From contig CM075981.1 of the NCBI GenBank assembly GCA_038087875.1, forward strand, positions 6,882,001-6,946,000: a stretch of DNA of 64,000 nucleotides, in the 5' to 3' direction. The notes beneath the pieces are model-generated. The model searched no databases. It saw only the letters and a list, made by a program, of their open reading frames with translations, and had not been told where the DNA came from. This stretch comes from Malacoraja senta (Eukaryota). The translations under genes and the position numbers were made by a program. Positions 49,201 through 62,233 of this stretch are shown here, piece after piece (within the stretch, counting starts at the first letter, position 1; every line of letters begins with the position of its first letter).

Positions 49201-52200
49201 AGATGGAACTGCAGATGCTGGTTTCTACCAAAGATTCAAAGTGCTGGAGTAAATCAGAAGGGCAGGCAGCATCACTGGAGAAAAAAGGATGGGTGACATT
49301 TCGGGTCAGACCCATCTTCAGACTAGGATTATTTTCTCTGGGACATCAGATGTTAAGGGGAGACCTGATAGAAATGTATACAATTAGGAGAGGCATAGAT
49401 AGGGTAGACAGTCTGAAACGTTTTCCCTCTGGGAGAGAGGGAGGGGAGGGTGGAGATCAGAAGTGAGGAGAGAAAGGGAGAGAGAGAGAGCTATATAATG
49501 TAGCTTATAAGTTCCTCATAAATGCAAGGGGAAAGTCTACAGTTAATGGCAAGACCCTGAACAGCATCGATGTACAGAGGGATCTCGGAGTGCAAGTCCA
49601 CAGCTGCATGAAAGTGGCAATGCAAAGAGATAGAGCATTATCAAGATTTCTGGGGTCACGGACTGTGAGGGAGTCTGTCAAAGTATACAGTAGGATAGAG
49701 ATGAGCTACAAAAATGGGCAGAGAAATGGCAGATGGACATTAATCCAAGCAATTTAATACAGAGACGCGGGGTGTTGCATTTTAGGTGCACTAACATGGG
49801 TAGAACCTCAGTTAATGTTAGGGCTCTGGGAGTGCAGTACAGCAGAGGGATCTAGAAGTACAAGTACATAGTTCATTGAAAGTAGCATCACAGGTAGATA
49901 GGGTGGTCAAAAAGAGTTTTGGCACATTGGCCTTCATCAGTCAGAGTACTGAGTATAGAAGTTAGGAGGTCATGATGCAGTTGCATAAGACGTTTGTGAC
50001 GTTTTGGGCATCCTGTTATAGGAAAGATGGTAAGCTGTAAAGGGTGCAGAAAAGATTTATAAAGATGTTGCCACCTGAGAGCCTGAGCTATAGGAGAGGA
50101 TGAGCAGGCTATGCTCTATTTCTTGGAGAGCAGGAGGATGAGGGGTGATCTGATAGAGGTGTACAAATCATGAGAATAATAGATCGGATAGACACACAGT
50201 CACTTGCCCAGAGTAGGGTAATCAAAAACCAGAGTACACAGATTTAAGGTGAGTGGGGAAGGATTTAAAAGAAAGCTGAGGGGTAACTTTTTAACACAAT
50301 GGTGGGTGTATGGAACAAGCTGCCCGAGAAGGTAGTTGGGACAGGTACTATAATAATGTTTAAGAATCATTTAGACAGGTACATGGATAGGACAGGTTAA
50401 GAGGGATATGGGCAAAACACAAGGACGTGGGACTAATGTAGTTGCAACATGTTGACCGATGTGGGCAAGTTGGGCCAAAGGGCCTGTTTTCTGGCTGTAA
50501 GAAACTTTGACTATGATTCTAGGTTGCGCGAGTTGTTGCTATTTGGGAGGTCAAATATAAGGTGAAATTCTGTTGTTAACGGGAAGACGCTTAACAGCAT
50601 TGATGTACAGAGGGATCTTGGCGTCCAAGTCCACAACTCCCGAAACCACTAACACAAGTTTAGTTTAGTTTAGATTATTGTCATGTATACCAAGGTGCAG
50701 TGAGAAGCCTTTTTGTTGCGTGCTAACCTATACAAGGGAAAGACCGTACAATATTGCAATTGAGTCTTCCACCGATTACAGATACATGATAAAGGTAATA
50801 ATGTTTATTGCAGTCGATTGAGTGGTATGGTTGCCTTCATCGGTCGGGGCATTGTGTACAAGTGTCGGGAATTCACAATGCAGCTTCATTAAAGTTTGGT
50901 CAGACCACATTTAGAGTATTGCGCGCAGTTCTGGTCGCCCTCATTACAGGAAGGACGTGGAGGCGTTGGAAAGGGTGCAGAGGAGGTTTGCCAGAATGCT
51001 GCCTGGATTAGAAGGCATCGTCTGCAGGGTGAGTTTGGGCAGACGTGGATTGTTTTTCTCTGGAATGTTTTAAGTTGAGGGGAGACCGAATTGAAGTATA
51101 TAAAATGACTAGAGGCATAGATTGGGTAAACAATCAGAACCTTTTCCCGCCAGGGTGGCAATGACAAAGACACAGAACATAGTATATGAATGGGCCATCC
51201 GGCCTGCAATCTCGGTGTTAACATGATGCAAGGTTAAACTGATCTCCTCTGCCTGGACATGATTCATCTCTCTCCATTCCCTGCGTATCACTGCATATAA
51301 AACGGGGAGTTTCCATGCAGTAGGGCATTTTATAAGGGGAAGAGCATTTTTCCCTTACGCTATATCTGAATTTACTCAGATGGGCACAGACACAAAATAA
51401 AACAGCTCATAGATCAGTGGTCAGTCTGCCGAACAAGTCGGTTCAATAGTGATGTACATCAGAAAGCAGTGTGAGCAAGTCCAACCTGCTTCAACAAGCC
51501 AAAGTAACAGTAGGCTTGTAATACCTTCATGACACAATGGTTACATGTGGAGTTGAAATAAGCCTTAATTAATCAACGTCTCTGTAAACTTTCATCTTTG
51601 TCTTTCCACAAAGTTCACTTTAATTAAACTACAATTAGAGCACAGGTTATTGGGGTAGGGTGTTGACGTGGATAGAAATCGGTTGGCAAACAGGAAGCAG
51701 AGTAGGAGTGAATGGGTCCTTTTCAGAATGACAGGGAGTGGCGAGTGGAGTGCCGCAAGGCTCGGTGTTGGGGCCGCAACTGTTTACAATATACAGTATA
51801 TTAATGATTTGGAAGAGGGAATTAGGAGCAGCACTAGCAAGTTTGTGGATGACACAATGCTGGGTGGCAGTGTGAACTGTGAAGAGGATGTTAAGAGGTT
51901 GCAGTGTGACCTGGACAGTTTGAGTGAGTGGGCAGTTGCGTGGCAGATGCAGTATAATATAGATACACGTGAGGTTATCCACTTTCGTGGTAAAAACAAG
52001 GGGCAGATTATTATCTCAATGGGGTTAGGTTAGGAAAGGGGGAGGTACAGCGAGGCCTGTGTGTCCTTGTACACCGGTCACTGAACGTTGGCGTGCAGGT
52101 ACAGCAGGCAGTGAAGAAAGCTGATGGAATATTAGTCAGTCAAGTCAAGTCACATTTATTTATATAGCACATTTAAAACCAACTCTCGTTGGCCAAAGTG

Positions 52201-52930
52201 CTTTACATTTGTTATAAGAATAGTATAAACAAACAAAACTACATACATATATACATATAGCCCTCGCTCAGAGGACGTCAAGAAAGGGCCTTCATACAAG
52301 AGGATTTCACTATAGGAGTACAGAGGTTCTTCTGCAGTTGTATAGGGCTCTGGTAAGACCACATCTGGAGTATTGCGTACAGTTTTGGTCTCCTCATTTG
52401 AGGAAGGACAGCGTAGGCAGTGCAGCGTATGTTGACAATTTGATCCCTGGGAAGGCGGGACTGTCATATGAGGAAAGATTGAAGTGACCGGATGAGGCGG
52501 GTCTTATAGAAACATATAAAATTATAGAAGGTCTGGACAAGCTAGATGGAGGAAAAATGTTCCCAATGTTGGGCGAGTCCAGAACCAAGGTTCATAGTCT
52601 TAGAATAATGGGGAAGCCATTTAAGACTGAGGTGAGAAAAAGCTTTTTCACCCAGAGAGTTGTGAATTCGTGGAATTCCCTGCCACAGAGAGCACTGGAG
52701 GCCAAATCACTGGATGGATTTAAATGAGATTTAGATATAGCTCTAGGGGCTAGTGGAATCGAGGGATATGGGGAGAAGGCAGGCACGGGTTATTGATTGG
52801 GGACGATCAGCCATGATCGTAATGAATGGCAGTGCTGGATCGAAGAGCCAAATGGCATCCTCCTGCACCTATTTTCTATGTTTCTATGTTTCTATGTTTA
52901 ATTTTGCATTTAATCTTGTTGTTTAGAAAT
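46250..52930. mobile_element. Dense field of CR1, Penelope-tail, SINE and other LINE fragments in the J-C intron
   Basis: Repeated RPHLEYC.QFW and CR1 3'-end motifs; (TTTAG)n and (CTATGTTT)n tails. Confidence 0.8.
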
Positions 52931-52942
52931 CTCCCTACCATA

Positions 52943-54361
52943 CAGTGGCTTGCAATAGTTTTCATACCCTTTGAACTTTTCCACATTTTGTCACGTTACA
53001 ACCACAAACGTAAATGTATTTTATTGGGATTTTATGTGATAGACCAACACAAAGTGGTGCATAATGGTGAAGTGGAAGGAAAATGATACATGGTTTTCAA
53101 ATTTTTTTGCAAATAAAAAACTGAAAAGTGTGGCGTGCAAAAGTATTCGCCCCCCTGAGTCAATACTTTGTAGAACCACCTTTCGCTGCAATTACAGCTT
53201 CAAGTCATTTGGGGTATGTCTCTACCACCTTTGCACATCTAGAGACTGACATTTTTGCCCATTCTTCTTTGCAAAATAACTCAAGCTCAGTCCGATTGGA
53301 TGGAGAGCGTCTGTGAACAGCAATTTTCAAGTCTTGCCAGAGATTCTCAATTGGATTTAGGTCTGGAGTTGGACTGGGCCATTCTAACACATCAATATGC
53401 TTTGATCTAAACCATTCCATTGTAGCTCCGGCTGTATGTTTAGGGTCGTTGGAAGGTGAACCTCCGCCCCAGTCTCAAGTCTTTTGCAGACTAACAGGTT
53501 TTCTTCCAAGATTGCCCTGTATTTGTCTCCATCCATCTTCCCATCAACTCTGACCAGCTTCCCTGTCCCTGCTGAAGAAACGCATCCCCACAGCATGATG
53601 CTGCCACCACCATATTTCACAGTGGGGATGATATGTTGAGGGTGATGTGCAGTGTTAGTTTTCCGCCACACATAGCGTTTTGCATTTAGGCCCAAAACTT
53701 CAATTTTGGTCTCATCTGACCAGAGCACCTTCCTCTACATGTTTGCTGTGTCCCCCAAATGGCTTGTGGCAAACTGCAAACGGGACTTCTTATGGGTTTT
53801 TTTCAACAATGGCTTTCTTCTTGCCACTCTTCCATAAAGGCCCGATTTGTGGAGTGCACGACTAATAGTTGTCCTGTGGACAGATTCTCCCACCTGAGCT
53901 GTGGATCTCTGCAGTTCCTCCAGAGTTACCATGGCTGCTTATCTGATCAATGTTCTCCTTGCCCGGCCTATCAGTTTAGGTGGACGGCCATGTCCTGGTA
54001 GGTTTGCAGTTGTGCCATACTCTTTCCTTTTTCGGATGATGGATTTATACTGAGATTAGATTACACACAAGTGGTCTCTATTTACTAATTAGGTGACTTC
54101 TGAAGGCAATTGGTTGCACTGGAGTTTATTTAGGGGTATCAGAATAAAGGGGACTGAATACTTTTGCACGCCTCACTTTTCAGTTTTTTATTTGTGAAAA
54201 AATTTGAAAACCATGTATCATTTTCCTTGCACTTCACAATTATGCGCCACTTTGCGTTGGTCTGTCACATAAAATCCCAATAAAATACATTTACGTTTGT
54301 GGTTGTAACGTGACAAAATGTGGAAATGTTCAAGGGGTATGAATACTTTTGCAAGCACCTG
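52943..54361 (-). mobile_element. Tc1/mariner DNA transposon (IR/DR type, ~210-bp TIRs) with a defective transposase
   Basis: TA|CAGTGGCTTGCAA...GCAAGCACCTG|TA termini and long inverted repeats. Transposase fragments [28 protein letters not shown] and SPTPDLNPIENLW. Confidence 0.95.
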
Positions 54362-56443
54362 TATATCTAATACGTAGACACCTTAAATGTCCAGGTTCTA
54401 CTTTACAAATGTAGTCCCCTTGTAAAATACGTGGGTTGTTAACCTTTGGGAGAAGTGCATGATAAACGCAATGACAAAGAGCAACTGTAATCTCAAGATT
54501 GAAACAGATGAGAACCTAGTCAGAACTGCGACGGGTTATCCTCACCCCAGTAGATTAAAAAGTCTGTGCTTCTCAGCAGAATTTTTCAGCTTTAGCTATT
54601 TTAACTACATTCTATCATGGCCATTTTCCAATCATGCTCCGCAGTATGTGAGCTCCAGGGTTAACCAAACTAAAACCTACTCATCTTCCTGATAATTCTC
54701 AGAAATCCCGACAACATTCCCTTTAAACTCACCAATACCTCATTTCCCTTTAATCTCACCTAGACCACAGAGCACAGCCTCAGAAAAAAAGGACATACCT
54801 TTAGAAAGGAATTGAGGAGGAATTTCTTTAGCCAAAGGGTGGTGAATCTCTGGAATTCATTGTCACAGGCGGCAGTGTAGTATGTGGCAGTGGTCGGGAC
54901 ATTGAGTATAAGTGCCAAGAATTCACAATACAGCTTTATAGGACTATGGTCAGGCCACATTTGGAGTACTGCGTGCAGTTCTGTACACCCCCATTACAGG
55001 CAGGATGTGGAGGTTTTGAAGAGAGGGGGTTTACTAGAATGATAGCTGGATTAGAGTGTATTAGCTACAGGGAGAGGTTGGGGAAGGTGCAGGGAAGGTT
55101 TATCACAATGCTGTCTGGATTGGAGGGTTTCGGCGTTAAATGTCTTAATTTAGTACCATTGTTGTTGAATCTTCTTGGCCCCTCAATCAAAGTCTTGTTG
55201 CAAGATGTCTGAAATAAGAAAGATACTATTTTAATATCCGTATCAAGCAGGGTCTCGACCCGAAGAGACCAGGAAGAAAGAAAGCAAGNNNNNNNNNNNN
55301 NNNNNNNNNNNNNNNNNNNNNNNNNNNNNNNNNNNNNNNNNNNNNNNNNNNNNNNNNNNNNNNNNNNNNNNNNNNNNNNNNNNNNNNNNNNNNNNNNNNN
55401 NNNNNNNNNNNNNNNNNNNNNNNNNNNNNNNNNNNNNNNNNNNNNNNNNNNNNNNNNNNNNNNNNNNNNNNNNNNNNNNNNNNNNNNNNNNNNNNNNNNN
55501 NNNNNNNNNNNNNNNNNNNNNNNNNNNNNNNNNNNNNNNNNNNNNNNNNNNNNNNNNNNNNNNNNNNNNNNNNNNNNNNAGCGGCAGAGGGAAAAACCAA
55601 CTTGCCCATGCCAACCAAGGTGCCCCATCTACAATCGTCCCACCTATCACAGGAACGCACACCAATACCTTTACTTCCTCATATGTTCATAAGCTATAGT
55701 AGCATAATTCGGCCAATCAGCCCATTCAATCATGGCTGACCTATCATTTATTTGAACCTCATTCTCATGCCTTCTCTCCTTAAAGGGACTGTCCCACGAC
55801 ATAGTCCGCGAGTTCTGGCGAGTTTGCCCTCGACTCATACTCGCAGCATTGTCGACACGAGGTCCTAGGAGGTCTTCCCTGACCGCTGACCTAATCAAGA
55901 ATCTGTCAGAAGAGTCAAGCGTGTTTTATTGTCATATGTCCCAGATAGGACAATGAAATACTTACTCTCTGCAGCACAACAGCAGTGTCATGACCTGAAA
56001 CAAAATACGAGTCTTGACCTGATCACCCATTCCTTCTCTCCAGAGATGCTGCCTGTCCCATCGGGTTACTCCAGCATTTTTGTCTTCCGTAAGAATCTAT
56101 CAATGCCTGCCTTCAAAATACCTATTGAGAACCCCCAATGCCCTCTGTGGCAATGAAGTGCACAGATGTATCACACTCTTACTAAAGGAATTCCTCCTCA
56201 TCTGCCTTCCAAACGTACATCATTTTATTCTGAGGCCGTGCCCTCTTGTCTTAGACTCTCCAACTGGAGGAAACATCCACTCCACCCAGAAGCATAGGAA
56301 GCTGTGCTAGTGTCTCATACTCTAAACGTGACTTACCTTTGTTTTATTCTCTTTCCCCCCAACCACCCCTCTCTCTCTCCCTCTCTCTTTCCCTCACTTT
56401 TCCATTCTCCCTTTCCCTATCTCTTTTCTTCTCTCTCTTTCAG

Positions 56444-56794
56444 ATCCAAAATTGAAGCTGCGATCTCCCGAAGTTACAATTCTCCAGCCGTCTGACCAGG
56501 AAATTAATAGAAAGGGCAAAGCCACGGTGGTTTGTCTCATCACTGATTTCTACCCGGACAACATCAAGATACATTGGTTTATTGATGGCTTTGAACAATC
56601 CAAAGATAGTCCTAACATCCAGATGGATGCTAGCTCCCAGAGCGATGACGGAGGGAAAACCTTCAGTATCAGTAGTCGCATTAGATTGGACGCCCGAGAT
56701 TACGCAAAGGCCAAGCAAGTCATGTGTGAAGTAGACCACTACAAGAATGGATCTACACCACAAACTAAACGTGGCACCCACAATATCAAACACG
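56444..56794 (+). CDS. TRBC: TCR beta constant region, Ig C1-domain exon (351 nt, phase 1-1)
   Basis: Long polypyrimidine tract + TTTCAG acceptor. (D)PKLKLRSPEVTILQPSDQEINRKGKATVVCLITDFYPDNIKIHW...FSISSRIRL...VMCEVDHY; donor GTGAGG. In frame with all five J donors. The PS..EI..K.KAT.VCL...FYPD motif is diagnostic of C-beta. Confidence 0.95.
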
Positions 56795-57303
56795 GTGAGG
56801 TATCTAACCCCAATGTCTTGTACAACTGTAACATGACCTCCCAATTTCTATACTCAGTCCTCTGACTGATGATGTACCAATGTAGGTCGATGTACCAAAA
56901 GCCTGCTTGACCACCCTATCTACCTTCAATGCCACTTTCAAGAAACAGAATGTTTCCGATAACATGGTGACCAAACTGAAAACAGTAGTACAAATGTGGC
57001 CTCACCAATGTCTTATGAAACTATAACATGACCACGCAACTTCAATTCTCAATACTCTGACTGATGAAGGACATTGTGCCAAAAGCTTTCTTCACCACCG
57101 CCCCTCCCCCATCTTCCTTCGATGCCACTCTTTAAGAACATCTTCGCAAATCAGGGTGACTAAAACTGAACACAATACTCCATACATGGCCTCACAAATG
57201 TCTGTACATCTGTAGCATAACCTCCCAAATTCTATTCCTATTTTTATTTTTATCTTGATCTTCATCAGTCAGTGTATTGAGTATATTTCTGTCCTCATAA
57301 CAG

Positions 57304-57443
57304 AGGCCAAATTTCAAACAACCCAAGCAGGGATGCTGACTTACCTCATTTACAAAACTATCCTCTGTGGAATAATTGTTTCAGTATTAGCTTGTATATC
57401 CGCTACAATAAACCATCTCTCTCTAGCGGAATTAAGACCATGA
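57304..57443 (+). CDS. TRBC: Putative C-beta transmembrane exon (divergent or degenerate)
   Basis: Acceptor CATAACAG, phase 1. (E)AKFQTTQAGMLTYLIYKTILCGIIVSVLACISATINHLSLAELRP*: a hydrophobic stretch with an intramembrane Lys and an LTYL motif. The 3' boundary is uncertain. Confidence 0.72.
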
Positions 57444-60389
57444 TTTTATTAACTGAAATAAGGTAGAAAAGTATTACTAGGAAGGTTATTTGGTCATGGT
57501 ATATCTTCCCCTTACATTCGAAACATTTGCTCAATTTTCTGACCGATGAAGGCAAGCACACTGTTCGCCTTCTTTGCCACTCTATCTACTTGTGTTGCCG
57601 CTATCAGGGAGCTATGTAATTAAACCCAAAGATCCTGGAATTATCATAGAGTATATAACCCGATCCTTGAGGGCCTGTAGCACATTGTCGGAGCAGATGA
57701 TGGAGGCAGCTACGACAGTGGCATTTAAGTTGTTGTTAGACAGGCACGGGGACGTGCAGACATGCAGGGATATGGATCACATACAGGCAGGTATCTGTAG
57801 AGGAAAACATTCGTTAAGACCAAAGTTGGACCCTTGAAAATTGAAATAGGTGAATTTATTTTAGGGATCAAGGAAATGGCAGATTAATTGAACAGGTACT
57901 TTGGATCCGTCTTCACGGAGGAAGGCACAATCAATTTCCCTGATGTACTAGTGGCCAGAGGATCTAGGGTGACGGAGGAACTGAAGGACATTCACATTGG
58001 GCAGAAAATGGTGTTGGGTAGACTGATGGGACTGAAGGCTGATAAATCCCAAGGGCCTGATGCACTGCATCCCAGGGTACTTAATGAAGTGGCTCTAGAA
58101 ATCGTGGATGCATTGGTGATCATTTTCCAATGTGCTATAGATTCAGAATCAGTTCCTGTTGATTGGAGGGTAGCTAATGTTATCCCACAATTTAAGAAAG
58201 GCGGGAGAGAGAAAACATTGAATTATAGACCAGTTAGCCTGACATCGGTGGTGGGAAAGATGCTGGTGTCATTCATAAAATATGAAATACCGGCACCTTT
58301 GGATAGCACTAACAGGATCGGTCCGAGTCAGCATGGATTTATGAAGGGAAAATCATGCTTGACTAATCTTATGGAATTTCTTGAGGATGTAACTCTGAAA
58401 ATGGACAAGGTAGAGCCAGTGGATGTCGGGTACGTGGACTTCCAGAAAGAATTTGATAAGGTCCCACAGGAGATTAGTGGGAAAAATTAGAGAACAAGGT
58501 ATGGGGGTAGGGTACTGACATGGATAGAAAATTGGTTGGCAGACAGGAGTCAAAGTGCAGGGATTAACGGGTCCCTTTCAGAATGGCAGGCAGTGACAGG
58601 CGGGGTACTGCAAGGCTCGGTGCTGGGAGTGTAGCTATTTACAATATACAGGTACATGAATAATTCAGACGAAGGGATTCAAAGTAACATTAGCAAAATT
58701 GCAGATGACACAAAGCTGGGTGGCAGTGTGAATGCATGTAAGGCAGATGCAGCTTAATGTGGATACATGTGAGGTTATCCACTTTGGTGTCAAAAACAGG
58801 AAGGCTGATTATTATCTAAATGGGATCAAGTTGGGATAAGGAGATATAGAAAGAGATCTTGGGGGTCCTTCTTCATCAATCACTGGAAGTAAGCATGCAG
58901 GTACAGCAGGCAGTGAAGAAAGCTGATGGTATGTTGGCCTCCATAACAAGAGGAGTTGAGTATAGGAGCAAAGAGGCCCTTCTGCAGTTGTACCACATCT
59001 GGAGTATTCTGTGCAGTTTTGTTCTCCAAATTTGAGGAATAACATTCTTGCTATTGAGCGAGTGCAGCGTAGGTTCACGAGGTTAATTCCCGGGATGGCA
59101 GGACTGTCATATGTTGATAGAATGGAGCGGCTGAGCATGTATACTCTGTAATTTATAAGGATGAGAGGGATTCCTATCGAAACATATACGATTTTTAAGG
59201 GATTGCACATGCTAGAGTCAAGAAACATGTTCCTGATGTTGGGGGAGTCCAGAACAAGGTGCCACCATTTAAGAATAAGGGATAGGCCATTTAGAACAGA
59301 GATGAGGAAAAACATTTTCACCCAGAGACTTGTGAATCTGTGTGATTCTCTGCCTCTGAAAGCAGTGGAAGGCTCTGCATGCTTTCAAGAGAGTGTTAGA
59401 TAGAGCTCTTAAAGATAGCAGAGTCAGGGGATATGGTGAGAAGCCAGGAAGGGGGTACTGAATGTACATGATCAGCCATGATCACAGTGAATGGCGGTGC
59501 TGGTTCGAAGGGCCGAATGGCCTAATCCTGCACCTATTGTCCATTGTCAAGAGCTGCAAAAGTCGGTAAACACACGAACGATCACAAATTAACTACCAGT
59601 TAGCCTGCCATCAGTGGTGGGGAAGATGCAGGTTGATCAACAAAGAAGCAATAGCAGCGCATTTGGATAGCAGTAACAGGATCGGTCGAAGTCACTATGG
59701 ATTTACCAAGGGGGCATCATGCTTGACAAATTTTCTGGAATATTTTGAAGATGTAATAAGAAAAATAGAAAAGGGAGAGCCAGTGGATGTAGTGTACCTG
59801 GACTTTCAGAAAGCCTTTGAGAAGGTCCCAAAGGAGATAAGTGGGCACAATTAGACCACATGGTATTGGGGATAGGGTATTGACATGAATAATAAAATTG
59901 GTTGGCAGACAGGAAACAAAGAGTAAGGTTTGATGGGTCCCTTTCAGAATGGCCGACAGTGACTAGTGGGGTACTGCAAGACTCGGGGATGGGAATGCAG
60001 CTGTTCACAAAATATTATAAATAGTTAGATGAAGGATTTAAAAGTAACATTAGCAAATTGCAAATGACATAAAGCTGGGTGGCAGTGTGAACTGTGAAGA
60101 AGATGCTATGAGGATGCAGGGTGATTTGGAGAGGGTGGGTGAGTGGGCAGATGCGTGGCAATTGCAGTATAATGTGGATAAATGTGAGCTTATCCACTTT
60201 GGTGGCAAGAACGGGTGGCCATATTATTATCTGAATGGTGTCTGGTTTGGAAAAGGGGAAGGACAACGAGACCCGTGTGTCCTAGTACATCAGTCACTGA
60301 AGTAAGTATGCAGGTACAACAGGCAGTGAAGAAAGTTAATGGCATGTTGACATTCATAACGAGAGTAGATGAGTATAGGAGCAAAGAGG

Positions 60390-60742
60390 CGCAATGGGCT
60401 AAGTGTTCGGCTGGCAACCGGAAGGTAGCCGGTTCGAATCCCGCTTGGAGTGCATACTGTCGTTGTGTCCTTGGGGAAGACACTTCACCCACATTTGCCT
60501 GCGTGTGAATGTGTGTGAATGTGTGTGTATGTGTGTGAGTGATTGGTGGTGGTCGGAGGGGCTGTAGGCGCAGATTAGCAGCCACGCTTCCGTCAGTCTG
60601 CCCCAGGGCAGCTGTGGCTACAGAAGTAGCTCACCACCACCGAGTGTGACTGAGGAGTGAATGCATAATGCGATGTAAAGCGCCTTGAGTATTAGAAAGG
60701 CGCTATATAAATCCCATCCATTATTATTATTATTATTATTAT
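60390..60742 (+). mobile_element. tRNA-derived SINE with an L2-type 3' tail and (ATT)n, inserted in CR1
   Basis: B box GGTTCGAATCC at ~60431; internal (TGTGTGAA)n; tail GTAAAGCGCCTTGAG...GCGCTATATAAAT. Host 'gcaaagagg|ttctgcagttgtacaggg' is split. Confidence 0.85.
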
Positions 60743-61522
60743 TCTGCAGTTGTACAGGGCCCCGGTGAGACCACAGCTGGTGTATTGTGTGCAGTTTAGG
60801 TCTCGTAATTTGAGCATGCACATTCTTGCTATTGAAACAGTGCAGTGTAGGTTCAGAAAGATGGTGGAACTGTCATATGACGAAATAATGGAGCGACTGG
60901 GCTTGTATTCAGTGGAATTTAGAAGGATGAGGGGGGGATCTTATAGAAACATATAACATTATTAATGGATTGACACGCTAGATTTTGGAAACCTGTTCCT
61001 GCTGTTGGGGGAGTCCAGAACCAGGGGCCACCGTTTAAGAATAAGGCGTAGGCCAGTTCGAACTGAGATGAGGAAAACGTTTTTCACACAGAGAGTTGTG
61101 AATTTGTGGAATTCCCTACCTCAGAACGCAGTGGAGGCCGATTCGCTGAACTCAAAAGAGAGTTGATAGAGCTCTTAGGGCTAGCGGAATCAAGGGATAT
61201 GGGGAGAAGGCAGGAATTGGTACTGATTGTGGATGATCAGCCATGATCACACTGAATGGCGCTGTTGCCTCGAAGGGCCGAATGGCCTACTCCTGCACCT
61301 CTTTTCCATGTATCTATGTAACTAAAAGTGGTTTATGAGAAAGATCCCGGGGATGATTTTGGTTAACGTACGATGTGCAATTGACGGCTTCTGGGCCTGT
61401 TCTCGCTGGAGTTTAGAAGGATCAGGGGTTACCTGGATAGGGTGGATGTGGAGAGGTTGCTTCCATTAGTGGGAGAGTTGAGGACCAGAGGCCAGAGCCT
61501 GGTAATAAAAGGAAGTAACTTT

Positions 61523-62233
61523 TGAAGGAGTGCTTTTGAATTGATAAGCAGAGCTTACGACCAGACTAGTCTTCCAAATCCAATGTCAGCCTTTTTCGGT
61601 ACCCCTCCCAATACCAACCTCCCTGTTGCTGTGAAACGGGTCCTAGCTTTTACAACCTTGTTAGCCCGGAGACTGATCTTGCTTAGTTGGAGGCTCACCT
61701 GTCCCCCGACATACGCCCGTTGGATTAAGGAGGTGCTTTATAATCTGAAACTTGAAAAACTTAGGTTCTCTCTCAAAGGCTCTCCCAAGACATTCCTAGA
61801 TACATGGAACCCTTTCGTTGAACTGGTTAACTCTCTTACTTTGTCCTCGGACTCGGAAGAGGACTGAGTGTTCCCCATCATCGTTTTGCTCTACAGCAGC
61901 TGCTTTCCCCTTAATCCCCCCTCCCTACTATTGTTTATTTAGATATATATATGTATATATATTTTATTTTTTATTTTTTATTTTTATTTTTTTTATTTTT
62001 ATAGAGCACATTTTGTTTCGTCTATTCTACCATTTGTGTGTGGATGTGTACGTATGTGAGTGTTATTTGTCCCCGTTTGGCTCCGACCTGACTTGGGTGG
62101 GTTGAAGGTGGGTAAGGGTGAGGGTTTTGAGGATCGCTTACATACTGTTGTACAATTATGCCTTGATTATTACTGTCTGTTATTATTGTATGTATGTAAA
62201 TTGCCGTGAAATTCAAATTAAAAGATTAAATTC
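61523..62233 (+). mobile_element. 5'-truncated L1/Tx1-type LINE 3' end with an 18-bp TSD
   Basis: LLARRLILLSW..TCPPTYARW ORF2 C-terminus. ATAAAAGGA(A/C)GTAACTTT at 61505-22 and 62234-51. Confidence 0.85.

Noticed and set aside
56949-56966. 18-nt AG/GT-bounded segment coding E-C, the size of the mammalian hinge exon
   Set aside because: Contains an in-frame TAA, has a poor pyrimidine tract and lies in CR1-derived sequence. The similar segment at 57137-57155 is 19 nt and has no Cys.
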